Shown: in pieces, positions 9,171 to 20,115 of the stretch
How positions within the stretch are numbered: position 1 is the first letter of the stretch
Layout of the letters: every line of letters begins with the position of its first letter
From: a virus
Lineage: Duplodnaviria; Caudoviricetes
Direction: 5' to 3' (one strand)
Virus record (IMG/VR): IMGVR_UViG_3300020037_004820
DNA length: 64,000 nucleotides
Notes under the pieces: model-generated
What the model saw: the letters and a program-made list of their open reading frames with translations, nothing else
Told to the model about the DNA's origin: nothing
Databases searched by the model: none
Position numbers and translations under genes: made by a program

Positions 9171-12116
9171 ATGTCAGAAAAACAATATAAAGCAGTTAGC
9201 CCGGGAGTAGAGATTAGAGAAATTGATCAGTCTCAACTTCCTGCCGTTTTTGATGAGCAAGGTCCAGTTGTAATTGGACGTGCGGAACGTGGACCGGCAA
9301 TGGTTCCCGTTAAAGTCAATTCTTATTCAGAATTTGTTGAATTTTTCGGCAATCCTAATGGAAATCTTGCTCTAACGGACGTATGGAGAGAGAAAGTAAC
9401 TATTGGTCCTTCTTATGGAGCTTTAGCTGCGCAAGCATCTTTAGCAAATAAAAGCGCTTTAACTTTCGTTCGTTTGTTAGGAACACAAAATGATGAAGCA
9501 ACTTCTGCGGGTAGAGCAGGATGGGGAGTTGGTGGAGATGGAGATGCAGAAAACCTTTCTTATAACGTAAGAGAAGGTGGAGCATATGGTCTATATCTGA
9601 TTCCTTCTGTTACATTGCCTGCAACAGTTGCAACAGGGACACTTGCAGCAGTATTTTACCTAAATACTGGTTCTATAATGCTTAAAGGACAATTATATGG
9701 AGCATCTGGCGCATATAGTTCAATTTCTGGGTCTGCTGTATTAATTGAATCCGATACCAATAAACAATTCAGAGCCTTGATAAAGAATGCTTCTGGTGTA
9801 ACCGTTGAAGACGTTACATTTGGTATGGATAAATCTGGCGATAAATTCATCCGTAAAGTATTCAATACGAATCCTACAAAAATTAACTCTGCTTTGTATA
9901 CTTCCCCTAAGACATACTTTTTAGGAGAAACCTTCGAAGACTTTATTTATAATGCTGATGAAATGTCAGGTATGCGTGATTCTACAAGATGGGTAGGTGT
10001 TATCTTAGGATTGAAGAACAATTCTACAGGAGATACTCTGTCTAGCAGAAGAATTCCTTCTCAACACGGTAGAACAGGATGGTTCTTCTCTCAACACTTA
10101 GGAAATAACGCAAACTTTGAAATCGATAACGTTCAAAAATTATTCAAAATACACTCTCGTGATTCTGGAGAATGGAATCAAGCTCATATCAAAATTTCTA
10201 TAAGAAATGTAGAAGCAAGTACAAATGTCTACAATCCTTACGGAACCTTTGACGTTGTTATAAGAAAAATTGACGACTCTGATCAAAACATTGTAATCAT
10301 TGAACAATTCAATGGATGCGATTTGAATCCTCAATCTGAAAATTATCTAGCAAAGAAAATTGGTGACAAATATATTGTATACAGCACTTCTGATCGTAGA
10401 AATATAGAATATGGAGATTATGATAATCAATCAAGATATATCAGAGTTGAAATAAATGAAGATGTAGCAGTTGGAGCAACTGTTCCTGAATTGCTTCCAT
10501 TCGGTGTATATGGACCTGTGAAATTTAGAGATTTCTCTTTCTCATCGGGATCTATTGGAAACGATTTGGGTATGTCTGGTTCTATGTTTGGAGAATATGA
10601 AAGAGCTGCAACTGGTGCAACTTATCCGAACTATGCTGCGGCATTCGTTATAGGTGGAACTTCTATTGCAGATTCTGCTGTAAATGCATTATCTGGAACT
10701 GGTCCTGTAGTATTCGGTGCTGGACCATCTGGTGCTGTTTCAACAACAATCAAGACTGCTGCTATTCTAATGCCTTTCCCAAGACTTAGAGTTTCAACAC
10801 TTACAGGTGCATTAGGTAATCCTAAGAATGCATACTTCGGAGTATTCACAGATAATACATCTGATACTTTCCAAAAATCTGTAAGAGATTTAACAAATGT
10901 TATGCCAAGAGGTGTAGATTCTTTTGCACCTGATTCTGCGGAAGGAACAGCTTATTCATGGAAGTTCACTTTAGATGATTTGAAGTATGTATCTGGTGGA
11001 GAAACTGATGTTCAATGGTCATCTGGTTCTAGATTAGCTGGAACATCAATAACATCTATCGGTTCAAATGGATGGAACTCTGTACTGACAGGTGGTTGGG
11101 ATTCTTTCACAACATTATTAGCAGGTGGATTTGACGGATGGGATATTACTGAAATCGAACCATTGAGAAATGATGCGATGGCAGGAGCAACCGAAAAGAC
11201 AAATTATGCATATAATACAATAAACAGAGCTATAGAGCTTCTACAATATCCTGAGTTAGTAGAATTCAACGTTGCTGCAATCCCTGGTGTAAATAAAGCA
11301 GGGTTGACAAGAAGACTGATTGAAGTCTGCTCACAAAGAGGAGACGCCTTAGCGGTTATAGATTTGGAAAATGATTATAAGCCACGTTCAGAAAATTCTC
11401 TTCCAGAATCGTCTAGAAGACCTATTGTGTCAACTGCAATTAGTGCATTGAAAGATAGAGCATTCAATACGAACTATGGTTGTGCATATTTCCCATGGGT
11501 ACAAGGTATTGATCCAAACTCTAACATTCTTACATATCTTCCTCCTTCGGTTATTGCATTAGGAGCATTTGCTTATACAGATAGAGTAGCTGGTTCACAC
11601 CATGCTCCTGCTGGATTTAGTAGAGGTTCGTTGTCCCAAGGACACGGTGGAATACCTGTAAAAGATGTAACATTGAAATTATTGCAAAAAGATCGTGATG
11701 ATCTATATAAAGCAAATATCAATCCCATCTCTTTCCTTGAAAGAGAAGTGGTTATCATGGGACAAAAAACTCTACAAGTTATTCCATCTGCATTGGATCG
11801 TATAAGTGTAAGAAGAGGTCTATTAGATCTTAGAAAGAAATTCTCTAAGATTGCGTCTAGACTTATCTTTGAACCTAACGTCCAAGATACTTGGAACAGA
11901 TTCAAAAATCAAGCAGAACCTGTATTGAGAGATATGGTTACTAAATTAGGATTAGATGACTGGAGACTTATATTGGATAGTAGAACAACTACTCCTGATT
12001 TGATAGATAGAAATATCATCTATGCAAAAGTTTACTTAAAACCAACTCGCGCAGCAGAATTCTTCTATCTTGACTTTAATATAAGTAATTCAGGTGCCGC
12101 TTTTGCGGAAGTGTAA
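9171..12116 (+). CDS. tail sheath protein (gp18-like)
   Basis: SPGVEIREID, GRAERGP, AYFPWV, APAG, RD.LY...INPI, GQKTLQ, RISVRR, FEPN. Confidence 0.96.
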   Translation: MSEKQYKAVSPGVEIREIDQSQLPAVFDEQGPVVIGRAERGPAMVPVKVNSYSEFVEFFGNPNGNLALTDVWREKVTIGPSYGALAAQASLANKSALTFVRLLGTQNDEATSAGRAGWGVGGDGDAENLSYNVREGGAYGLYLIPSVTLPATVATGTLAAVFYLNTGSIMLKGQLYGASGAYSSISGSAVLIESDTNKQFRALIKNASGVTVEDVTFGMDKSGDKFIRKVFNTNPTKINSALYTSPKTYFLGETFEDFIYNADEMSGMRDSTRWVGVILGLKNNSTGDTLSSRRIPSQHGRTGWFFSQHLGNNANFEIDNVQKLFKIHSRDSGEWNQAHIKISIRNVEASTNVYNPYGTFDVVIRKIDDSDQNIVIIEQFNGCDLNPQSENYLAKKIGDKYIVYSTSDRRNIEYGDYDNQSRYIRVEINEDVAVGATVPELLPFGVYGPVKFRDFSFSSGSIGNDLGMSGSMFGEYERAATGATYPNYAAAFVIGGTSIADSAVNALSGTGPVVFGAGPSGAVSTTIKTAAILMPFPRLRVSTLTGALGNPKNAYFGVFTDNTSDTFQKSVRDLTNVMPRGVDSFAPDSAEGTAYSWKFTLDDLKYVSGGETDVQWSSGSRLAGTSITSIGSNGWNSVLTGGWDSFTTLLAGGFDGWDITEIEPLRNDAMAGATEKTNYAYNTINRAIELLQYPELVEFNVAAIPGVNKAGLTRRLIEVCSQRGDALAVIDLENDYKPRSENSLPESSRRPIVSTAISALKDRAFNTNYGCAYFPWVQGIDPNSNILTYLPPSVIALGAFAYTDRVAGSHHAPAGFSRGSLSQGHGGIPVKDVTLKLLQKDRDDLYKANINPISFLEREVVIMGQKTLQVIPSALDRISVRRGLLDLRKKFSKIASRLIFEPNVQDTWNRFKNQAEPVLRDMVTKLGLDDWRLILDSRTTTPDLIDRNIIYAKVYLKPTRAAEFFYLDFNISNSGAAFAEV

Positions 12117-12142
12117 TAGTTATGACAGGAGAAATATAAAAC

Positions 12143-12730
12143 ATGGCAGCACCTAATGTATTCTGGGCAAGTCCAGTAAATGAACCAAAAAGATCGTACA
12201 AATATCTTGTACAATGGGGTAACGGAGATATTCCTTGGTATCTCGTATCGTCTATTGATCTTCCAAAATTAGAAGTTGGGGAAGCGCAAACTCATGCTCT
12301 TAATCATACCTTCAAATGGACCGGAAGACCTACTTGGCAAGATGTTACCATGGAAGTAACAGATTCTGAGTCTCTAAATGCTATGAAAGTTGTTATGAAT
12401 AAGTTCAAACAAGCTGGGTATGTTTATCCTGATAGACCTACTCAATATAGAACTATCTCTAAACAAGGATTTATAAATGCATTTGGACAATTGGTTATTC
12501 AAGAAATAAGTTGGGATGAAAAGATCATAGGAGAATGGAAATTTCTCAATGCTTGGATTAAGAGTATTGATCCAGGTAAGAAAGCTTATGAATCTGATGA
12601 TCCTCAAAAAATATCAATTGGTGTTACGTTCGATTGGGCGGAATACGATACAGAAAATGCAGGAACCTTTATAGGGGAAAATCCATTGCAAGGAGATGTT
12701 CCTGGTGGCGGAAATCCTAACGCAGCTTAA
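12143..12730 (+). CDS. tail tube protein (gp19-like)
   Basis: EPKR.Y, GRPTWQDVT, W.FLNAWIKSID, FDWA; directly after the sheath gene. Confidence 0.9.
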   Translation: MAAPNVFWASPVNEPKRSYKYLVQWGNGDIPWYLVSSIDLPKLEVGEAQTHALNHTFKWTGRPTWQDVTMEVTDSESLNAMKVVMNKFKQAGYVYPDRPTQYRTISKQGFINAFGQLVIQEISWDEKIIGEWKFLNAWIKSIDPGKKAYESDDPQKISIGVTFDWAEYDTENAGTFIGENPLQGDVPGGGNPNAA

Positions 12731-12744
12731 TAATTGAGGTATAA

Positions 12745-13569
12745 ATGAGTTCAAATAATAAATTTCCAGAATTGGTATTTCCATCATATACAGATATGGT
12801 GGATTTACCCTCTGGAGGAAAATTTTATCCTAAAGATCATCCTCTTTACGGTCAAACTTGTGTTGAAATAAAACAAATTAGAGGGCCAGAAGAAGATATT
12901 TTAACAAATAAGGATTATCTTAGACGAGATATAGCAGTTGATAAACTACTATTATCTCTTATTAAAAATGATAATCTTAAACAAGATTATGCATATAATA
13001 ATTTGCTTATTGCGGACCAACTAATGTTGGTCAATCAAGCAAGAATGACAGCATATACATATGATTATTCATGTTCTATTCGTTGTCCAGCATGCAAAGT
13101 GGTATCTAATTTCAAATTTGATCTTAGAAAGCATAAGATTATTTTACCAGATTTATCAAATGATAAAGATGTAAAGTATGACGAAGACACTAACCAATTT
13201 GTGGTTACTATTCCTGATACTAAAATTGTGTTACGATTATTGCCATATACTGTGGGTACACAACGAAAGATAAAGAATAAGCTCTTAGCGAAAAAAGATA
13301 AAAGTCTTTCCAAAAAAGAGCGCTATGAAGATGTCATATATTCTATAAACGATGAAACGGATAGAAAATACATTTCAGAATTTTTCAACGTGGTGCCTGC
13401 TTTCTATCTAAAGTGGTTAGAAGCTGTAATAGAGGATATCAATATTACTGTTTCTTTTGAACAACAATTCGTATGTAGTTCTTGTCAATATGATGAAGAT
13501 CTGGAGCCGCCGTTTACAGTTGATTTTTTATATACACCGAAGATCCAAAGGAAGAAGCTACAAGAGTAA
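12745..13569 (+). CDS. baseplate hub assembly/tail chaperone (gp26-like)
   Basis: VDLPSGGKFYP, EEDILT, CPAC and CSSC Zn motifs, PFTVDF near the C-terminus. Confidence 0.8.
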   Translation: MSSNNKFPELVFPSYTDMVDLPSGGKFYPKDHPLYGQTCVEIKQIRGPEEDILTNKDYLRRDIAVDKLLLSLIKNDNLKQDYAYNNLLIADQLMLVNQARMTAYTYDYSCSIRCPACKVVSNFKFDLRKHKIILPDLSNDKDVKYDEDTNQFVVTIPDTKIVLRLLPYTVGTQRKIKNKLLAKKDKSLSKKERYEDVIYSINDETDRKYISEFFNVVPAFYLKWLEAVIEDINITVSFEQQFVCSSCQYDEDLEPPFTVDFLYTPKIQRKKLQE

Positions 13570-13805
13570 ATAATAATGTCTATTTAGGTGTTAATAATTT
13601 ATTCTTTTCTTTACATGATGCTGATGAGAAAAAGTTGGCATTACATACAGAAATAGCAAATATGCAAGCGCATAATTGGGATATAATGTATGCGTATTCT
13701 CTCCCTGTTGGTCTTAGAATATTCTATATAAAACAAATAGTAGAGCGATTAAATGCGGAACATGAAGCAAGAAATCAATCTGCAAGAGAAAGTGCTAAAG
13801 TCTAA
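13524..13805 (+). CDS. unannotated -1 frame extension (gp51-like tail), probably reached by frameshift
   Basis: 93 open codons from just after TGA 13521-13523 to TAA 13803-13805: ...LHTEIANMQAHNWDIMYAYSLPVGLRIFYIKQIVERLNAEHEARNQSARESAKV; begins at the slippery heptamer T TTT TTA. Confidence 0.72.
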   Translation, partial: FFIYTEDPKEEATRVNNNVYLGVNNLFFSLHDADEKKLALHTEIANMQAHNWDIMYAYSLPVGLRIFYIKQIVERLNAEHEARNQSARESAKV

Positions 13806-13833
13806 ACTGTGATATAAACTATCACAGTTTTTT
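13804..13833 (+). terminator. rho-independent terminator
   Basis: AAACTGTGATA-taaac-TATCACAGTTT plus T-run, immediately after the -1 frame stop. Confidence 0.8.
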
Positions 13834-13868
13834 CATTTAAGCATAATTAAAGCCAGGAATACTAATAA

Positions 13869-16457
13869 ATGGCAGATAATATATCAGTAGATATTGATCG
13901 TTTAGTTGATGAGCTTACTAAAAGAAGTTCTCTATCGCGTGTGCTTAATGAAGAACAAGCAGACGTCAGCAAGTATTTAACTGAATTTATTGAGGCTATA
14001 AAAGCTGCGAGCAAAGAACTAAAGACAGCTTCTGATAAATTTGATTCTGCGGGTAAAGCAGTTTCTGATCGTCAAAAAGAAGACGAAAAGATTTATGCTG
14101 AATTCAAAGAGAAATTTGAAGAGGCAATGAAGCTTGATAAAGTAGAAGAAGTTCAATCTGCTTTTGATAAATTAGTTGAATCTATTGAAGAAGCTGTTAA
14201 AGCAAAACGTTTAGAAGCAGATAATGGTGAGCTATTAAAAAATGCATTAAATGCAAAAAAAGAATTTATAGAAGCTGCGTCTAATCTACAAAAAGCTAAA
14301 ATAGAAGAAGAAAAGCATAAAAATATGCTTGAACGTATAAAATCTTCTAGTCAATCAAATGTGAGTTCTTTATTCGGAGCATTAGGCTTATCTTATGAGG
14401 GTGATCCTAAAAATGCTAACGCTTTGTTTATGGGTCTATCTCTTATAAGAGATGGTAAAACTCAACAAGGTATGTCATTATTAGCTGCATACGCAGATAT
14501 GGCACAAAAAGCATATTCTAATATGATCGATCCGTTAAACGTATTTGTCAATATTCTTGGTCTGTTGAAATCTAAAACTATAGAAGTCTTCACCATGGCG
14601 GATCAAGTAACAGCTAATTTTCTACGAGCAACAGGTGCTACAACTGCGTATAGAGATGTTGTAATGGAAGCATGGGATGGAACTAGAGGAGTAGGTGTTT
14701 CTTTAGAAGAAATGTCTGATATAGTTCAAGGGTTGATTAATGATTTTAGAGGTTTCTCTAGAGAAACCGAAGATTCTAAAATTCAAACTGCTGAATATGT
14801 TTCACTTGTATCTAGATTAGGAGTTGGATCGTCTAGCGCAATCAAATTACTCACTTATTTTACAGATTCTTTAAAACAAAGTGTTACACAAGCAAAAGGG
14901 AATTATTCCCAATTATTAGGATTAGTGAAAACAACTGGTGAAACTCTTAAGAAAGTAACAGATGATTTTATTCAATCTATTCCAGTTGTATCTAGATATG
15001 GTTCACAAGCATCGTCTGTGTTTAGACAGATGTTTGCAACAGCAAAAGCATTGCGCATTGAAACTTCTCAGCTATTAGAAGTTTCAAGTCATTTTGATAC
15101 TTTTGAAGATGCTGCAACTTCTGTTGGTAAATTAAATGCAATTATGGGAGGACCTTATCTAAATGCCATTCAGCTAATGAATCAAAACGAAGCAGAACGT
15201 ATTACAACTCTTAACAGAGCATTTAAAGCAACTGGAAAAACATGGGAATCTCTAAGCAAATATAGCAGACTTGCTTTCGCCGCTGCTGCGAATATTACAG
15301 ATATGGATGTGGCTCAAAAAGTATTTAATGGATCTACACAAGATGCTGCGCGTTATATGCGTCAAGCATCTTTGGAACAAGAAGAATTAGCGGAAAAGAA
15401 TCAACGTGCAACTAGTATTGCAGATAAATGGAAAAATGTTCTTATGCAAATTGGAGCTGTTTTAACTCCTATTATTGATCTTGTACATGGTGTTGTTGAT
15501 GTATTTTTAGATTTCTCAGATACATTAGGTAAAATTTGGGGACCATTGCGTGTATTGGCTGTTCCTTTATTGTTCATGATGATATCTGGTTTTAAAGGTC
15601 TATTTTCTATGATGTTAAGTTTTGGACCAAAAGCCATAACAAAGATAAGTTCTCTATTATCTAAATTTAGTGGAATAGCTTCTACTGTAGCGCCTGCTAC
15701 AGAAGCTGCTGCTGCTGGAATAGGTGCAGCGGGAAGTGCATCGGCTGCTGCTGCTCCTTCTGTTGGAGGATTAGGAAAAGTATTGTCAGGAATTGCACAA
15801 GAAGCGCCTGCTATAGCAAAAGCTATATTATATATAGGTGGAGCAATTGCAATTGTTGTTGCGTCATTCATGGCTTTAAAACAAATAGCTTCTGGTATTG
15901 GTTCTTTGTTTGAAGGAGTTGGTAAAGGAGTTGGAAAATTTGTTGAAGGAATAGGTCAAGGATTTTACGATTGGGTAACAGAATCTCCTCTTGAAGAGTT
16001 AGAGGATTTGATCGATACATTAGCAGATGCTGGTCCAGATATTGGAACTAAAATGATGGGAATTGGTAATGGATTGAAACAAATGGTCGAAAGTTTTAAT
16101 TCAAGTATATCACAATCTACGCTAGAAAGTTTTACAGATTTAATAGAAATTTTAGCAGATAACTCAAGTAAATTCTCTAATACAGTTGGTTTAGGAATTT
16201 TAGATTCCTATGCTAGATTAATGGAAGCATCTAGTGATTTAGCAATTACTCCTACAAAAATACAAGATATGAAACAGTTTACAGAAAACCTAGTTACCAT
16301 AAGTAAAACTAATGGAGATGGTGGATTGTCTAAAATTGCATCTTCTAATCAAAATGTGGAAGTTAAAGTATATATTGACGGAACAGAGCTAACCTCCAAA
16401 ATTGTAAAAGTTGTAAAAAGTGATTTAAATAATTCATTACAACCAAGAACAGGATAA
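13869..16457 (+). CDS. tape measure protein
   Basis: 862 aa, helical and Ala/Gly-rich with hydrophobic segments; FDTFEDAA..VGKLNAIMGG; follows the chaperone. Confidence 0.85.
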   Translation: MADNISVDIDRLVDELTKRSSLSRVLNEEQADVSKYLTEFIEAIKAASKELKTASDKFDSAGKAVSDRQKEDEKIYAEFKEKFEEAMKLDKVEEVQSAFDKLVESIEEAVKAKRLEADNGELLKNALNAKKEFIEAASNLQKAKIEEEKHKNMLERIKSSSQSNVSSLFGALGLSYEGDPKNANALFMGLSLIRDGKTQQGMSLLAAYADMAQKAYSNMIDPLNVFVNILGLLKSKTIEVFTMADQVTANFLRATGATTAYRDVVMEAWDGTRGVGVSLEEMSDIVQGLINDFRGFSRETEDSKIQTAEYVSLVSRLGVGSSSAIKLLTYFTDSLKQSVTQAKGNYSQLLGLVKTTGETLKKVTDDFIQSIPVVSRYGSQASSVFRQMFATAKALRIETSQLLEVSSHFDTFEDAATSVGKLNAIMGGPYLNAIQLMNQNEAERITTLNRAFKATGKTWESLSKYSRLAFAAAANITDMDVAQKVFNGSTQDAARYMRQASLEQEELAEKNQRATSIADKWKNVLMQIGAVLTPIIDLVHGVVDVFLDFSDTLGKIWGPLRVLAVPLLFMMISGFKGLFSMMLSFGPKAITKISSLLSKFSGIASTVAPATEAAAAGIGAAGSASAAAAPSVGGLGKVLSGIAQEAPAIAKAILYIGGAIAIVVASFMALKQIASGIGSLFEGVGKGVGKFVEGIGQGFYDWVTESPLEELEDLIDTLADAGPDIGTKMMGIGNGLKQMVESFNSSISQSTLESFTDLIEILADNSSKFSNTVGLGILDSYARLMEASSDLAITPTKIQDMKQFTENLVTISKTNGDGGLSKIASSNQNVEVKVYIDGTELTSKIVKVVKSDLNNSLQPRTG

Positions 16458-16463
16458 TATAAT

Positions 16464-17444
16464 ATGCCATTAATGAATTATGAAAAACAAATGAAAAATG
16501 CGGGACATATGTTTCGCATTGAAGCTATGCATATCAAAGATATAAATGGTAAACCTGATTATGTTGAATTTTTTCCTTATATTGAAGGATATACTGAGAA
16601 TTATGATTCTTCATGGAATGAAGAAGATGTATTTGCTAGAATGGATGGAATAGCGAATTTTGTTTCTGTTAAAAGAAGTTTTACTCTTTCTCTAAGAGTT
16701 GCGGCAGGATCAGAAGAACAAGCTCGTGAAAATCAATTTAGAATTTCAAAAATGATTAGATTTCTTTATCCAGCTATTACTCCGGGTCCAGGCGATGGTT
16801 CTTTTTATTTCAGAGGCGCACCTATTTTACGTCTAAAATTAGGAAACGTTATATCAGACACTGCAACAAATGGAGGACTTTTTGGATACGTTCAAGGAGG
16901 ATTTAGTATAACTCCTTCTCATAAAGATGGTTGGTTTGCTCCTCAAAAAGAAATAATTATACGAAATAATTCTAACATTTTTGCATCCCCTTTAAATGAA
17001 CAACGACAAGATTCTCCAGATAAAGGACAATCTGAAAAAGCTGTTACATTATTTTTTAAATATTTCGATATAAATTTTACCTTCAAAGTTTTACATAATC
17101 ATCCATTAGGTACTAATGCTGAATCGAATAATCAGGGATCATTTACATATTTTCCTTATGGTGTAAACAATCAAGATTTTTCAAATGGATCAGAATTAAA
17201 TCCGGCAGATTTAACAACAAGACATGAATGGGATGATTCAAGTATGTCAGCCGATGATAGACATCAAAGATTTTTGGATAATGATTCTAGAACACCAATT
17301 GAAGATGAAATTGGAGATGATGGTTATACAGAATATGGCAGACAAATAAAGGCTCAAAATGAAAGATATATACAGCAATATGAAGAGAATCAACGTATAA
17401 TAAATCAAAAGAAATTAGACCAACTCTTTGGAAGAAGTAAATAA
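16464..17444 (+). CDS. baseplate/tail tube initiator protein (gp48/54-like)
   Basis: YTENYDSSWN...ARMD, R.FTLS, APILRLKLGN; synteny. Confidence 0.65.
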   Translation: MPLMNYEKQMKNAGHMFRIEAMHIKDINGKPDYVEFFPYIEGYTENYDSSWNEEDVFARMDGIANFVSVKRSFTLSLRVAAGSEEQARENQFRISKMIRFLYPAITPGPGDGSFYFRGAPILRLKLGNVISDTATNGGLFGYVQGGFSITPSHKDGWFAPQKEIIIRNNSNIFASPLNEQRQDSPDKGQSEKAVTLFFKYFDINFTFKVLHNHPLGTNAESNNQGSFTYFPYGVNNQDFSNGSELNPADLTTRHEWDDSSMSADDRHQRFLDNDSRTPIEDEIGDDGYTEYGRQIKAQNERYIQQYEENQRIINQKKLDQLFGRSK

Positions 17445-17782
17445 TGACTATAAGATACTCTAAAAATAAAATATTCACTAATGATTATATAGAATACAAA
17501 CCTTTGTTTGAAGCTAGAGGGCTAAAGTATATAAGACAATATGCTACAAATACACTGTTGACTCCTACGGCCGAAGATATAAGTGAGATGAGAATAGATA
17601 AGTTCTCATGGAAGCTTGGGGATGCAATGTGGAGATATGCTGCGCAACATTACGGCAGAGCTAATTTATGGTGGGTTATCGCGCATTTTAATCAAAAACC
17701 GACTGACCACCATTTTCAATACGGCGATATAGTATATATACCCTCTCCTTTAGATAGAGTGTTCAGGAGTTATGGCTTATGA
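17444..17782 (+). CDS. LysM-like baseplate wedge protein (gp53-like)
   Basis: WKLGD...YAAQHYG...LWWVIAHFN.KP....GDIVYIP. Confidence 0.8.
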   Translation: MTIRYSKNKIFTNDYIEYKPLFEARGLKYIRQYATNTLLTPTAEDISEMRIDKFSWKLGDAMWRYAAQHYGRANLWWVIAHFNQKPTDHHFQYGDIVYIPSPLDRVFRSYGL

Positions 17783-20115
17783 TGGAGTTTGGGGAATTAG
17801 ATCAATTTCTTTTGATAAGATATCTAGAAAAAATTGTTTCTTGGCATAAAAATTTCGAAGGGACTAACAATCCGTATAACAATCTAATAATGGTTCAAGG
17901 CAACAGACCAGATGTTACTTTTAACAGAATACTAAATTGTGATAAAGATGTTTATACATTTTTCAATAATTTAAATTCTATACAAAAAGCTACAATGATG
18001 CCTAAGTTAGAATTGTATTATATGACAAAGGAAGGATATAAACTGATAAATTTTAGAAATTTTCCTGATTTTGATGAATTTAGAAATTTTGCAACTAATA
18101 CTAAAAAAGAATTTTCTTTTAAAGAAGGACAAGAGAAAGAAGATGGTGTAGGATTAAAAAAGATTACAATATCTGATAAAAATCAAAATCCCGGATCTGT
18201 TAATTTGGAATGTACTGTAGAATTATTTTTCGACAATATTTTAGCATTAACTAATAGTTCTATATTACAATTGATTCGTGTACCTGAAACACGCTCTAGT
18301 AAATCGGAGAGAGATTTTAGACTTAAGTTAGTAGCTGGTTGGCATACTCCGGTAGATGTTAGTAATGAAATATTCTCAACTAAACAACTTGAGTATATAG
18401 AAAGATCAAATGTTGTGTATCTATTGTCTCTTGTTAAACATGATTTATCTTTTAATCAGAATGGATCAATAACTTTAACAATTCATTATCAAGGAGCTTT
18501 AGAAAAATATTTAGCTTCATCATCAGAGATGGATATATTCAGTGTATCATCTGAAGCACAAATGTATAAATTTTTATTAGATATTTCAAAAGCAGATACA
18601 GCAAACATAAAATATCTGCAAGATTATATAACTCAAACTCATAATAAAATCTTGTATGAAGCACAGTTGGAAACAATTTCTAAACAAAGATTAACAGCAA
18701 CTGAAAAGGCTAGAATAGATTTAGGAGAAAATTTATCTGGAGATAGAAATCAAACATCAGAAGCATTTAAATTAAACGCAGAAGCCGAAAAAGAAATTGA
18801 AGCTAAATTATCAGAAACTCTAAAAAGAATTTCGGAATATGAATTGTATATTATAAAAACAAAATATTCTAGATTTTTAACTGCTTTAGAAAATTCTCAA
18901 AGATTATTCTTTTTGCCAATATTATCGGATACATACTCTGGTTTACATAAAGATTTATTAACAAATAATGCAAAGTTTTGGGAACCTGTTTTGGATATAA
19001 CTCCTATTAATCCTGAAAATTTTGCAAAAACAGAAAATAGAGATGCTTTGTATACATTGCAAAGAAAGAAAAATATAGCATATCAAACAATTATAGAACA
19101 GATCTATGCGGCAAATGGAGATGAATCAAAATTATCAGAAATAACTGCCAATGCTTTTACATTTGGTTTAGATCAACTTGCTCCTAGTTTTAGACAAACT
19201 CCTGGGCCTTCTAATAAATATATCGTATATACAACTTTAGGAGATATTGTCAATATTGCTAGAGGATTTGTTGAGATTCCAGAAGCTGATCATACTGAGA
19301 TACTTTTGGGGCCGTGTTTGGTAGGAAAAATATCTATTAATATTGCAAGCTTTCCTATCGCTCTTTCTACTTTTATGACTTGGTTTGTTAATTCTGTAAT
19401 ACGAAAAGCTGTTAGAAAGTATCAATTTTGGGATTTCATTTACGATATCATAGGCGCGCTAATTGCTCCTGTTTTATTGACAACAGGATTAATTCCTAAT
19501 CAAGCTGTTAACTTAAATCTATCAACAGCTATCGTCATATCTGATCAACAATTAGAAAAAGGTAAATCTTATTTAGATGAAAATATGTTTCATTTTCTTT
19601 CTAAAAATATTTTCAATACTCAACAAATTTATTCATATATGGTCTTATATATGAAAGATTATGAAATAGATAAAAGAGATGGAATACTAGAAGAAGATAT
19701 GCAAAATGGTATATATCATTTCGGCATATTTAAAGATAGAGGAATTGTTAAAAGCATAGATTTCACTAAATTAGATTTTCCTAGATTAAGAGATATGCGT
19801 TTAGTAACAGAAGGATTTAACAATGCAGGAGATTTATTGAGAGAACATTACCAAATGACTTTGAAAACTATAGGTTCTCCTTTATTTATTGTTGGTTCTC
19901 AGGTTTATTTTGATGGATCGTATTTAGGAGAGACTGGTAGAAATATAACAGAATTAATAGGTTTAGGTGGATATTATATAATCACAAATATAGAGACGAC
20001 AATTTCTAAGGAATTATATGAAACAGAAGTAAAATGTTTGTGGACAAGTATGCGTAAAACTAGTGCAGAAGGTTATAGAATTGTGGATGTTGGAAAATTA
20101 GAGGCAGAAAAATGA
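17779..20115 (+). CDS. baseplate hub/tail protein (gp27-like)
   Basis: C-terminal GIVKSIDF..TLKTIGSPLF.VG..GGYYIIT.IE..YET; synteny. Confidence 0.6.
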   Translation: MMEFGELDQFLLIRYLEKIVSWHKNFEGTNNPYNNLIMVQGNRPDVTFNRILNCDKDVYTFFNNLNSIQKATMMPKLELYYMTKEGYKLINFRNFPDFDEFRNFATNTKKEFSFKEGQEKEDGVGLKKITISDKNQNPGSVNLECTVELFFDNILALTNSSILQLIRVPETRSSKSERDFRLKLVAGWHTPVDVSNEIFSTKQLEYIERSNVVYLLSLVKHDLSFNQNGSITLTIHYQGALEKYLASSSEMDIFSVSSEAQMYKFLLDISKADTANIKYLQDYITQTHNKILYEAQLETISKQRLTATEKARIDLGENLSGDRNQTSEAFKLNAEAEKEIEAKLSETLKRISEYELYIIKTKYSRFLTALENSQRLFFLPILSDTYSGLHKDLLTNNAKFWEPVLDITPINPENFAKTENRDALYTLQRKKNIAYQTIIEQIYAANGDESKLSEITANAFTFGLDQLAPSFRQTPGPSNKYIVYTTLGDIVNIARGFVEIPEADHTEILLGPCLVGKISINIASFPIALSTFMTWFVNSVIRKAVRKYQFWDFIYDIIGALIAPVLLTTGLIPNQAVNLNLSTAIVISDQQLEKGKSYLDENMFHFLSKNIFNTQQIYSYMVLYMKDYEIDKRDGILEEDMQNGIYHFGIFKDRGIVKSIDFTKLDFPRLRDMRLVTEGFNNAGDLLREHYQMTLKTIGSPLFIVGSQVYFDGSYLGETGRNITELIGLGGYYIITNIETTISKELYETEVKCLWTSMRKTSAEGYRIVDVGKLEAEK

